A stretch of 64,000 nucleotides of DNA, from the NCBI GenBank assembly GCA_964016885.1, contig OZ024754.1, positions 21,266,001 to 21,330,000 on the forward strand, written 5' to 3'. This document shows, in pieces, positions 51,943-64,000 of this stretch. The stretch is from Eledone cirrhosa. Its lineage: Eukaryota. Made by a program: the position numbers and the translations under genes. How positions within the stretch are numbered: position 1 is the stretch's first letter; every line of letters begins with the position of its first letter. The notes below the pieces were generated by a model. That model was not told the origin of the DNA and did not search any database. It was given only the letters and a program-made list of their open reading frames with translations.

Positions 51943-53391
51943 TTAAACACAGTTTTAATAAATTGTCTAGCTGTTAAGTATATACTATATTAACTACAGT
52001 TTTAATAAATTGTCTAAATGTTAAGTATATACTATATTAATTACAGTTTTAATAAATTGTCTAGATGTTAAGTATATACTATATTAACTACATTTTTAAT
52101 AAATTGTCTAGATGTTAAGTATATACTATATTAACTACAGTTTTAATAAATTATCTAGATGTTAAGTATATACTATATTAACTAGTTTTAATAAATTGTC
52201 TAGATGTTAAGTATATACTATATTAACTACAGTTTTAATAAATTGTCTCGATGTTAAGTATATACTATATTAACTACAGTTTTAATAAATTGTCTAGATG
52301 TTAAGTATATACTATATTAACTACAGTTTTAATAAATTGTCTAGATGTTAAGTATATACTATATTAACTAGTTTTAATAAATTGTCTAGATGTTAAGTAT
52401 ATACTATATTAACTACAGTTTTAATAAATTGTCTAGATGTTAAGTATATACTATATTAACTACAGTTTTAATAAATTGTCTAGATGTTAAGTATATACTA
52501 TATTAACTACAGTTTTAATAAATTATCTAGATGTTAAGTATATACTATATTAACTACAGTTTTAATAAATTGTCTAGATGTTAAGTATATACTATATTAA
52601 CTACAGTTTTAATAAATTATCTAGATGTTAAGTATATACTATATGAACTACAGTTTTAATAAATTGTCTAGATGTTAAGTATATCCTATATTAACTAGTT
52701 TTAATAAATTGTCTAGATGTTAAGTATATACTCTATTAACCACAGTTTTAATAAATTGTCTAGATGTTAAGTATATACTATATTAACTACAGTTTTAATA
52801 AATTGTCTAAATGTTAAGTATATACTATATGAACTACAGTTTAAATAAATTGTCTAGATGTTAAGTATATACTATATTAACTACAGTTTTAATAAATTGT
52901 CTAGATGTTAAGTATATACTATATTAACTCCAGTTTTAATAAATTGTCTAGATGTTAAGTATATACTATATTAACTACAGTTTTAATAAATTGTCTAGAT
53001 GTTAAGTATATACTATATTAACTACAGTTTTAATAAATTGTCTTGATGTTAAGTATATACTATATTAACTACAGTTTTAATAAATTGTCTAGATGTTAAG
53101 TATATACTATATTAACTACAGTTTTAATAAATTGTCTAGATGTTAAGTATATACTATATTAACTACAGTTTTAATAAATTGTCTAGATGTTAAGTATATA
53201 CTATATTAACTACAGTTTTAATAAATTGTCTAGATGTTAAGTATATACTATATTAACTACAGTTTTAATAAATTGTCTTGATGTTAAGTATATACTATAT
53301 TAACTACAGTTTTAATAAATTGTCTAGATGTTAAGTATATACTATATTAACTAGTTTTAATAAATTGTCTAGATGTTAAGTATATACTATA

Positions 53392-54271
53392 CTAGCAGTA
53401 AAGCCCGGCGTTGCTCGGGGTCGCTCAGTAGCTGTGTTAAAGTTACAATGTTAAGTTTCTTTCTTGGCTTAAAAACTGTAGTGTCTTCTGTGCAGACTTG
53501 CATGTGGTGTTTTTGATTAATATTCCCTCAAACAACAATATGCCTTATGAAGTTAAGAAAACATAACAATAACCCGAATGTTATAACAAAAGAAGATGCT
53601 GGGGATAGAAACTGCACTGGTTATTTATTAACAAAGATCGAAAATGTAAACACTGCAACGCAGAGAAAAACATTAACGTAACCAAATTATCAGTTATGTC
53701 TGTCTGCACGCCTATATCACCTCTCTGCACGACTGTCTGTCTGCACGCCTATATCACCTCTCTGCACGACTGTCTGTCTGCACGCGTATATCACCTCTCT
53801 GCACGACTGTCTGTCTGCACGACTGTCTGTGTCTGCACGCCTAACGACGAAGTATTTGCTTGTTTTACGTAGTCTTTAAATAGACTTGTTTTCAAGTAAA
53901 AATATTGTTTTAAAATGCTTTTAAATGGAAATGAAGCAAAACGGAAGCTTAGTGTTCGAACTGATGAATTTTGCAGGTCAATATTTTGCTGGCTCGACAA
54001 CTGTTAAAGCCAGCGTAATTTTTTACGTAAGACGCTCAATGTAAACAGAACAAAGGGAAATAACTGATAACTTACGCTCAAAAATCGATACATTATATTC
54101 GATTTCGTCACATAGGGTGGGTGAATTTGAAATATTTTTTTTTCCGATGTCTTCGCTAGGGCTCAATGTACAAGTATAGCAATTTCGGTGCAATTCCGTG
54201 AGAGATTCTAAGAGGAGATGTGTGCCACAAATCGATAGACAGACAGACAACCACAGTTTTATATATATAGA
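53392..54271 (-). mobile_element. Helitron copy 5
   Basis: 880 bp, 18-bp extra minisatellite segment. Confidence 0.88.
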
Positions 54272-55720
54272 TTAAACACAGTTTTAATAAATTGTCTAGC
54301 TGTTAAGTATATACTATATTAACTACAGTTTTAATAAATTGTCTAAATGTTAAGTATATACTATATTAATTACAGTTTTAATAAATTGTCTAGATGTTAA
54401 GTATATACTATATTAACTACATTTTTAATAAATTGTCTAGATGTTAAGTATATACTATATTAACTACAGTTTTAATAAATTATCTAGATGTTAAGTATAT
54501 ACTATATTAACTAGTTTTAATAAATTGTCTAGATGTTAAGTATATACTATATTAACTACAGTTTTAATAAATTGTCTCGATGTTAAGTATATACTATATT
54601 AACTACAGTTTTAATAAATTGTCTAGATGTTAAGTATATACTATATTAACTACAGTTTTAATAAATTGTCTAGATGTTAAGTATATACTATATTAACTAG
54701 TTTTAATAAATTGTCTAGATGTTAAGTATATACTATATTAACTACAGTTTTAATAAATTGTCTAGATGTTAAGTATATACTATATTAACTACAGTTTTAA
54801 TAAATTGTCTAGATGTTAAGTATATACTATATTAACTACAGTTTTAATAAATTATCTAGATGTTAAGTATATACTATATTAACTACAGTTTTAATAAATT
54901 GTCTAGATGTTAAGTATATACTATATTAACTACAGTTTTAATAAATTATCTAGATGTTAAGTATATACTATATGAACTACAGTTTTAATAAATTGTCTAG
55001 ATGTTAAGTATATCCTATATTAACTAGTTTTAATAAATTGTCTAGATGTTAAGTATATACTCTATTAACCACAGTTTTAATAAATTGTCTAGATGTTAAG
55101 TATATACTATATTAACTACAGTTTTAATAAATTGTCTAAATGTTAAGTATATACTATATTAACTACAGTTTAAATAAATTGTCTAGATGTTAAGTATATA
55201 CTATATTAACTACAGTTTTAATAAATTGTCTAGATGTTAAGTATATACTATATTAACTCCAGTTTTAATAAATTGTCTAGATGTTAAGTATATACTATAT
55301 TAACTACAGTTTTAATAAATTGTCTAGATGTTAAGTATATACTATATTAACTACAGTTTTAATAAATTGTCTTGATGTTAAGTATATACTATATTAACTA
55401 CAGTTTTAATAAATTGTCTAGATGTTAAGTATATACTATATTAACTACAGTTTTAATAAATTGTCTAGATGTTAAGTATATACTATATTAACTACAGTTT
55501 TAATAAATTGTCTAGATGTTAAGTATATACTATATTAACTACAGTTTTAATAAATTGTCTAGATGTTAAGTATATACTATATTAACTACAGTTTTAATAA
55601 ATTGTCTTGATGTTAAGTATATACTATATTAACTACAGTTTTAATAAATTGTCTAGATGTTAAGTATATACTATATTAACTAGTTTTAATAAATTGTCTA
55701 GATGTTAAGTATATACTATA

Positions 55721-56600
55721 CTAGCAGTAAAGCCCGGCGTTGCTCGGGGTCGCTCAGTAGCTGTGTTAAAGTTACAATGTTAAGTTTCTTTCTTGGCTTA
55801 AAAACTGTAGTGTCTTCTGTGCAGACTTGCATGTGGTGTTTTTGATTAATATTCCCTCAAACAACAATATGCCTTATGAAGTTAAGAAAACATAACAATA
55901 ACCCGAATGTTATAACAAAAGAAGATGCTGGGGATAGAAACTGCACTGGTTATTTATTAACAAAGATCGAAAATGTAAACACTGCAACGCAGAGAAAAAC
56001 ATTAACGTAACCAAATTATCAGTTATGTCTGTCTGCACGCCTATATCACCTCTCTGCACGACTGTCTGTCTGCACGCCTATATCACCTCTCTGCACGACT
56101 GTCTGTCTGCACGCGTATATCACCTCTCTGCACGACTGTCTGTCTGCACGACTGTCTGTGTCTGCACGCCTAACGACGAAGTATTTGCTTGTTTTACGTA
56201 GTCTTTAAATAGACTTGTTTTCAAGTAAAAATATTGTTTTAAAATGCTTTTAAATGGAAATGAAGCAAAACGGAAGCTTAGTGTTCGAACTGATGAATTT
56301 TGCAGGTCAATATTTTGCTGGCTCGACAACTGTTAAAGCCAGCGTAATTTTTTACGTAAGACGCTCAATGTAAACAGAACAAAGGGAAATAACTGATAAC
56401 TTACGCTCAAAAATCGATACATTATATTCGATTTCGTCACATAGGGTGGGTGAATTTGAAATATTTTTTTTTCCGATGTCTTCGCTAGGGCTCAATGTAC
56501 AAGTATAGCAATTTCGGTGCAATTCCGTGAGAGATTCTAAGAGGAGATGTGTGCCACAAATCGATAGACAGACAGACAACCACAGTTTTATATATATAGA
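55721..56600 (-). mobile_element. Helitron copy 6
   Basis: 880 bp. Confidence 0.88.
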
Positions 56601-58002
56601 TTAAACACAGTTTTAATAAATTGTCTAGCTGTTAAGTATATACTATATTAACTACAGTTTTAATAAATTGTCTAAATGTTAAGTATATACTATATTAATT
56701 ACAGTTTTAATAAATTGTCTAGATGTTAAGTATATACTATATTAACTACATTTTTAATAAATTGTCTAGATGTTAAGTATATACTATATTAACTACAGTT
56801 TTAATAAATTATCTAGATGTTAAGTATATACTATATTAACTAGTTTTAATAAATTGTCTAGATGTTAAGTATATACTATATTAACTACAGTTTTAATAAA
56901 TTGTCTCGATGTTAAGTATATACTATATTAACTACAGTTTTAATAAATTGTCTAGATGTTAAGTATATACTATATTAACTACAGTTTTAATAAATTGTCT
57001 AGATGTTAAGTATATACTATATTAACTAGTTTTAATAAATTGTCTAGATGTTAAGTATATACTATATTAACTACAGTTTTAATAAATTGTCTAGATGTTA
57101 AGTATATACTATATTAACTACAGTTTTAATAAATTGTCTAGATGTTAAGTATATACTATATTAACTACAGTTTTAATAAATTATCTAGATGTTAAGTATA
57201 TACTATATTAACTACAGTTTTAATAAATTGTCTAGATGTTAAGTATATACTATATTAACTACAGTTTTAATAAATTATCTAGATGTTAAGTATATACTAT
57301 ATTAACTACAGTTTTAATAAATTGTCTAGATGTTAAGTATATCCTATATTAACTAGTTTTAATAAATTGTCTAGATGTTAAGTATATACTCTATTAACCA
57401 CAGTTTTAATAAATTGTCTAGATGTTAAGTATATACTATATTAACTACAGTTTTAATAAATTGTGTAAATGTTAAGTATATACTATATTAACTACAGTTT
57501 AAATAAATTGTCTAGATGTTAAGTATATACTATATTAACTACAGTTTTAATAAATTGTCTAGATGTTAAGTATATACTATATTAACTCCAGTTTTAATAA
57601 ATTGTCTAGATGTTAAGTATATACTATATTAACTACAGTTTTAATAAATTGTCTAGATGTTAAGTATATACTATATTAACTACAGTTTTAATAAATTGTC
57701 TAAATGTTAAGTATATACTATATTAACTACAGTTTAAATAAATTGTCTAGATGTTAAGTATATACTATATTAACTACAGTTTTAATAAATTGTCTAGATG
57801 TTAAGTATATACTATATTAACTCCAGTTTTAATAAATTGTCTAGATGTTAAGTATATACTATATTAACTACAGTTTTAATAAATTGTCTAGATGTTAAGT
57901 ATATACTATATTAACTACAGTTTTAATAAATTGTCTAGATGTTAAGTATATACTATATTAACTAGTTTTAATAAATTGTCTAGATGTTAAGTATATACTA
58001 TA

Positions 58003-58854
58003 CTAGCAGTAAAGCCCGGCGTTGCTCAGTAGCTGTGTTAAAGTTACAATGTTAAGTTTCTTTCTTGGCTTAAAAACTGTAGTGTCTTCTGTGCAGACTT
58101 GCATGTGGTGTTTTTGATTAATATTCCCTCAAACAACAATATGCCTTATGAAGTTAAGAAAACATAACAATAACCCGAATGTTATAACAAAAGAGGATGC
58201 TGGGGATAGAAACTGCACTGGTTATTTATTAACAAAGATCGAAAATGTAAACACTGCAACGCAGAGAAAAACATTAACGTAACCAAATTATCAGTTATGT
58301 CTGTCTGCACGCCTATATCACCTCTCTGCACGACTGTCTGTCTGCACGCCTATATCACCTCTCTGCACGACTGTCTGTCTGCACGCGTATATCACCTCTC
58401 TGCACGACTGTCTGTCTGCACGCCTAACGACGAAATATTTGCTTGTTTTACGTAGTCTTTAAATAGACTTGTTTTCAAGTAAAAATATTGTTTTAAAATG
58501 CTTTTAAATGGAAATGAAGCAAAACGGAAGCTTAGTGTTCGAACTGATGAATTTTGCAGGTCAATATTTTGCTGGCTCGACAACTGTTAAAGCCAGCGTA
58601 ATTTTTTACGTAAGACGCTCAATGTAAACAGAACAAAGGGAAATAACTGATAACTTACGCTCAAAAATCGATACATTATATTCGATTTCGTCACATAGGG
58701 TGGGTGAATTTGAAATATTTTTTTTTCCGATGTCTTCGCTAGGGCTCAATGTACAAGTATAGCAATTTCGGTGCAATTCCGTGAGAGATTCTAAGAGGAG
58801 ATGTGTGCCACAAATCGATAGACAGACAGACAACCACAGTTTTATATATATAGA
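58003..58854 (-). mobile_element. Helitron copy 7 (10-bp hairpin deletion)
   Basis: 852 bp, same variant as copy 3. Confidence 0.88.
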
Positions 58855-60303
58855 TTAAACACAGTTTTAATAAATTGTCTAGCTGTTAAGTATATACTAT
58901 ATTAACTACAGTTTTAATAAATTGTCTAAATGTTAAGTATATACTATATTAATTACAGTTTTAATAAATTGTCTAGATGTTAAGTATATACTATATTAAC
59001 TACATTTTTAATAAATTGTCTAGATGTTAAGTATATACTATATTAACTACAGTTTTAATAAATTATCTAGATGTTAAGTATATACTATATTAACTAGTTT
59101 TAATAAATTGTCTAGATGTTAAGTATATACTATATTAACTACAGTTTTAATAAATTGTCTCGATGTTAAGTATATACTATATTAACTACAGTTTTAATAA
59201 ATTGTCTAGATGTTAAGTATATACTATATTAACTACAGTTTTAATAAATTGTCTAGATGTTAAGTATATACTATATTAACTAGTTTTAATAAATTGTCTA
59301 GATGTTAAGTATATACTATATTAACTACAGTTTTAATAAATTGTCTAGATGTTAAGTATATACTATATTAACTACAGTTTTAATAAATTGTCTAGATGTT
59401 AAGTATATACTATATTAACTACAGTTTTAATAAATTATCTAGATGTTAAGTATATACTATATTAACTACAGTTTTAATAAATTGTCTAGATGTTAAGTAT
59501 ATACTATATTAACTACAGTTTTAATAAATTATCTAGATGTTAAGTATATACTATATGAACTACAGTTTTAATAAATTGTCTAGATGTTAAGTATATCCTA
59601 TATTAACTAGTTTTAATAAATTGTCTAGATGTTAAGTATATACTCTATTAACCACAGTTTTAATAAATTGTCTAGATGTTAAGTATATACTATATTAACT
59701 ACAGTTTTAATAAATTGTCTAAATGTTAAGTATATACTATATTAACTACAGTTTAAATAAATTGTCTAGATGTTAAGTATATACTATATTAACTACAGTT
59801 TTAATAAATTGTCTAGATGTTAAGTATATACTATATTAACTCCAGTTTTAATAAATTGTCTAGATGTTAAGTATATACTATATTAACTACAGTTTTAATA
59901 AATTGTCTAGATGTTAAGTATATACTATATTAACTACAGTTTTAATAAATTGTCTTGATGTTAAGTATATACTATATTAACTACAGTTTTAATAAATTGT
60001 CTAGATGTTAAGTATATACTATATTAACTACAGTTTTAATAAATTGTCTAGATGTTAAGTATATACTATATTAACTACAGTTTTAATAAATTGTCTAGAT
60101 GTTAAGTATATACTATATTAACTACAGTTTTAATAAATTGTCTAGATGTTAAGTATATACTATATTAACTACAGTTTTAATAAATTGTCTTGATGTTAAG
60201 TATATACTATATTAACTACAGTTTTAATAAATTGTCTAGATGTTAAGTATATACTATATTAACTAGTTTTAATAAATTGTCTAGATGTTAAGTATATACT
60301 ATA

Positions 60304-61165
60304 CTAGCAGTAAAGCCCGGCGTTGCTCGGGGTCGCTCAGTAGCTGTGTTAAAGTTACAATGTTAAGTTTCTTTCTTGGCTTAAAAACTGTAGTGTCTTC
60401 TGTGCAGACTTGCATGTGGTGTTTTTGATTAATATTCCCTCAAACAACAATATGCCTTATGAAGTTAAGAAAACATAACAATAACCCGAATGTTATAACA
60501 AAAGAGGATGCTGGGGATAGAAACTGCACTGGTTATTTATTAACAAAGATCGAAAATGTAAACACTGCAACGCAGAGAAAAACATTAACGTAACCAAATT
60601 ATCAGTTATGTCTGTCTGCACGCCTATATCACCTCTCTGCACGACTGTCTGTCTGCACGCCTATATCACCTCTCTGCACGACTGTCTGTCTGCACGCGTA
60701 TATCACCTCTCTGCACGACTGTCTGTCTGCACGCCTAACGACGAAATATTTGCTTGTTTTACGTAGTCTTTAAATAGACTTGTTTTCAAGTAAAAATATT
60801 GTTTTAAAATGCTTTTAAATGGAAATGAAGCAAAACGGAAGCTTAGTGTTCGAACTGATGAATTTTGCAGGTCAATATTTTGCTGGCTCGACAACTGTTA
60901 AAGCCAGCGTAATTTTTTACGTAAGACGCTCAATGTAAACAGAACAAAGGGAAATAACTGATAACTTACGCTCAAAAATCGATACATTATATTCGATTTC
61001 GTCACATAGGGTGGGTGAATTTGAAATATTTTTTTTTCCGATGTCTTCGCTAGGGCTCAATGTACAAGTATAGCAATTTCGGTGCAATTCCGTGAGAGAT
61101 TCTAAGAGGAGATGTGTGCCACAAATCGATAGACAGACAGACAACCACAGTTTTATATATATAGA
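60304..61165 (-). mobile_element. Helitron copy 8
   Basis: 862 bp, same variant as copy 4. Confidence 0.88.
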
Positions 61166-62614
61166 TTAAACACAGTTTTAATAAATTGTCTAGCTGTTAA
61201 GTATATACTATATTAACTACAGTTTTAATAAATTGTCTAAATGTTAAGTATATACTATATTAATTACAGTTTTAATAAATTGTCTAGATGTTAAGTATAT
61301 ACTATATTAACTACATTTTTAATAAATTGTCTAGATGTTAAGTATATACTATATTAACTACAGTTTTAATAAATTATCTAGATGTTAAGTATATACTATA
61401 TTAACTAGTTTTAATAAATTGTCTAGATGTTAAGTATATACTATATTAACTACAGTTTTAATAAATTGTCTCGATGTTAAGTATATACTATATTAACTAC
61501 AGTTTTAATAAATTGTCTAGATGTTAAGTATATACTATATTAACTACAGTTTTAATAAATTGTCTAGATGTTAAGTATATACTATATTAACTAGTTTTAA
61601 TAAATTGTCTAGATGTTAAGTATATACTATATTAACTACAGTTTTAATAAATTGTCTAGATGTTAAGTATATACTATATTAACTACAGTTTTAATAAATT
61701 GTCTAGATGTTAAGTATATACTATATTAACTACAGTTTTAATAAATTATCTAGATGTTAAGTATATACTATATTAACTACAGTTTTAATAAATTGTCTAG
61801 ATGTTAAGTATATACTATATTAACTACAGTTTTAATAAATTATCTAGATGTTAAGTATATACTATATGAACTACAGTTTTAATAAATTGTCTAGATGTTA
61901 AGTATATCCTATATTAACTAGTTTTAATAAATTGTCTAGATGTTAAGTATATACTCTATTAACCACAGTTTTAATAAATTGTCTAGATGTTAAGTATATA
62001 CTATATTAACTACAGTTTTAATAAATTGTCTAAATGTTAAGTATATACTATATTAACTACAGTTTAAATAAATTGTCTAGATGTTAAGTATATACTATAT
62101 TAACTACAGTTTTAATAAATTGTCTAGATGTTAAGTATATACTATATTAACTCCAGTTTTAATAAATTGTCTAGATGTTAAGTATATACTATATTAACTA
62201 CAGTTTTAATAAATTGTCTAGATGTTAAGTATATACTATATTAACTACAGTTTTAATAAATTGTCTTGATGTTAAGTATATACTATATTAACTACAGTTT
62301 TAATAAATTGTCTAGATGTTAAGTATATACTATATTAACTACAGTTTTAATAAATTGTCTAGATGTTAAGTATATACTATATTAACTACAGTTTTAATAA
62401 ATTGTCTAGATGTTAAGTATATACTATATTAACTACAGTTTTAATAAATTGTCTAGATGTTAAGTATATACTATATTAACTACAGTTTTAATAAATTGTC
62501 TTGATGTTAAGTATATACTATATTAACTACAGTTTTAATAAATTGTCTAGATGTTAAGTATATACTATATTAACTAGTTTTAATAAATTGTCTAGATGTT
62601 AAGTATATACTATA

Positions 62615-63494
62615 CTAGCAGTAAAGCCCGGCGTTGCTCGGGGTCGCTCAGTAGCTGTGTTAAAGTTACAATGTTAAGTTTCTTTCTTGGCTTAAAAACT
62701 GTAGTGTCTTCTGTGCAGACTTGCATGTGGTGTTTTTGATTAATATTCCCTCAAACAACAATATGCCTTATGAAGTTAAGAAAACATAACAATAACCCGA
62801 ATGTTATAACAAAAGAAGATGCTGGGGATAGAAACTGCACTGGTTATTTATTAACAAAGATCGAAAATGTAAACACTGCAACGCAGAGAAAAACATTAAC
62901 GTAACCAAATTATCAGTTATGTCTGTCTGCACGCCTATATCACCTCTCTGCACGACTGTCTGTCTGCACGCCTATATCACCTCTCTGCACGACTGTCTGT
63001 CTGCACGCGTATATCACCTCTCTGCACGACTGTCTGTCTGCACGACTGTCTGTGTCTGCACGCCTAACGACGAAGTATTTGCTTGTTTTACGTAGTCTTT
63101 AAATAGACTTGTTTTCAAGTAAAAATATTGTTTTAAAATGCTTTTAAATGGAAATGAAGCAAAACGGAAGCTTAGTGTTCGAACTGATGAATTTTGCAGG
63201 TCAATATTTTGCTGGCTCGACAACTGTTAAAGCCAGCGTAATTTTTTACGTAAGACGCTCAATGTAAACAGAACAAAGGGAAATAACTGATAACTTACGC
63301 TCAAAAATCGATACATTATATTCGATTTCGTCACATAGGGTGGGTGAATTTGAAATATTTTTTTTTCCGATGTCTTCGCTAGGGCTCAATGTACAAGTAT
63401 AGCAATTTCGGTGCAATTCCGTGAGAGATTCTAAGAGGAGATGTGTGCCACAAATCGATAGACAGACAGACAACCACAGTTTTATATATATAGA
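62615..63494 (-). mobile_element. Helitron copy 9
   Basis: 880 bp, same variant as copy 5. Confidence 0.88.
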
Positions 63495-64000
63495 TTAAAC
63501 ACAGTTTTAATAAATTGTCTAGCTGTTAAGTATATACTATATTAACTACAGTTTTAATAAATTGTCTAAATGTTAAGTATATACTATATTAATTACAGTT
63601 TTAATAAATTGTCTAGATGTTAAGTATATACTATATTAACTACATTTTTAATAAATTGTCTAGATGTTAAGTATATACTATATTAACTACAGTTTTAATA
63701 AATTATCTAGATGTTAAGTATATACTATATTAACTAGTTTTAATAAATTGTCTAGATGTTAAGTATATACTATATTAACTACAGTTTTAATAAATTGTCT
63801 CGATGTTAAGTATATACTATATTAACTACAGTTTTAATAAATTGTCTAGATGTTAAGTATATACTATATTAACTACAGTTTTAATAAATTGTCTAGATGT
63901 TAAGTATATACTATATTAACTAGTTTTAATAAATTGTCTAGATGTTAAGTATATACTATATTAACTACAGTTTTAATAAATTGTCTAGATGTTAAGTATA

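Larger units (their letters stand above)
41912..64000. repeat. Intronic AT-rich 47-bp satellite (TATATTAACTACAGTTTTAATAAATTGTCTAGATGTTAAGTATATAC; 45-bp variants) interrupted by Helitron copies
   Basis: Direct periodicity; continues past the window end. Confidence 0.97.

Noticed and set aside
44051-63494. Repeated ORFs MSSQQNIDLQ... and MSVCLSICGTH...
   Set aside because: Short ORFs inside non-autonomous Helitron copies with non-ATG or microsatellite starts; disrupted in copies 1-2; no domain signature.
41912-64000. Array as CRISPR or as a tandem ncRNA/rDNA cluster
   Set aside because: The inserts are near-identical rather than unique spacers, have TC...CTAG Helitron termini, and show no 5S, snRNA or tRNA sequence.

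Overview
Eukaryotic, repeat-rich animal DNA. The SINE/RTE repertoire resembles octopus/cephalopod genomes, which is an inference from recalled repeat motifs. Layout: (1) 1-7937 is a 40-bp satellite that switches orientation at about 6160-6192. (2) 8-30 kb is a transposon graveyard: a Penelope-like element with a minimal hammerhead ribozyme, a full-length RTE LINE with twin-priming-type 5' inversion and TSD, tRNA-derived SINEs, non-autonomous Helitrons, a DD37D mariner, MITEs and RTE/CR1 fragments. (3) A plus-strand, multi-exon lamin B receptor / delta14-sterol reductase (LBR/TM7SF2, ERG4/ERG24 family) gene has a CCAAT promoter near 21.4 kb and seven visible coding exons (31447-41907). Just upstream of the promoter is an unexplained, strongly base-paired ~250-nt candidate ncRNA. 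(4) From the last visible splice donor (41908) to the window end, an intron of more than 22 kb is filled by a 47-bp satellite carrying nine copies of one Helitron. These form ~2.3-kb composite units and an exact 9,223-bp higher-order repeat. Most ORFs in the supplied track are repeat artefacts.
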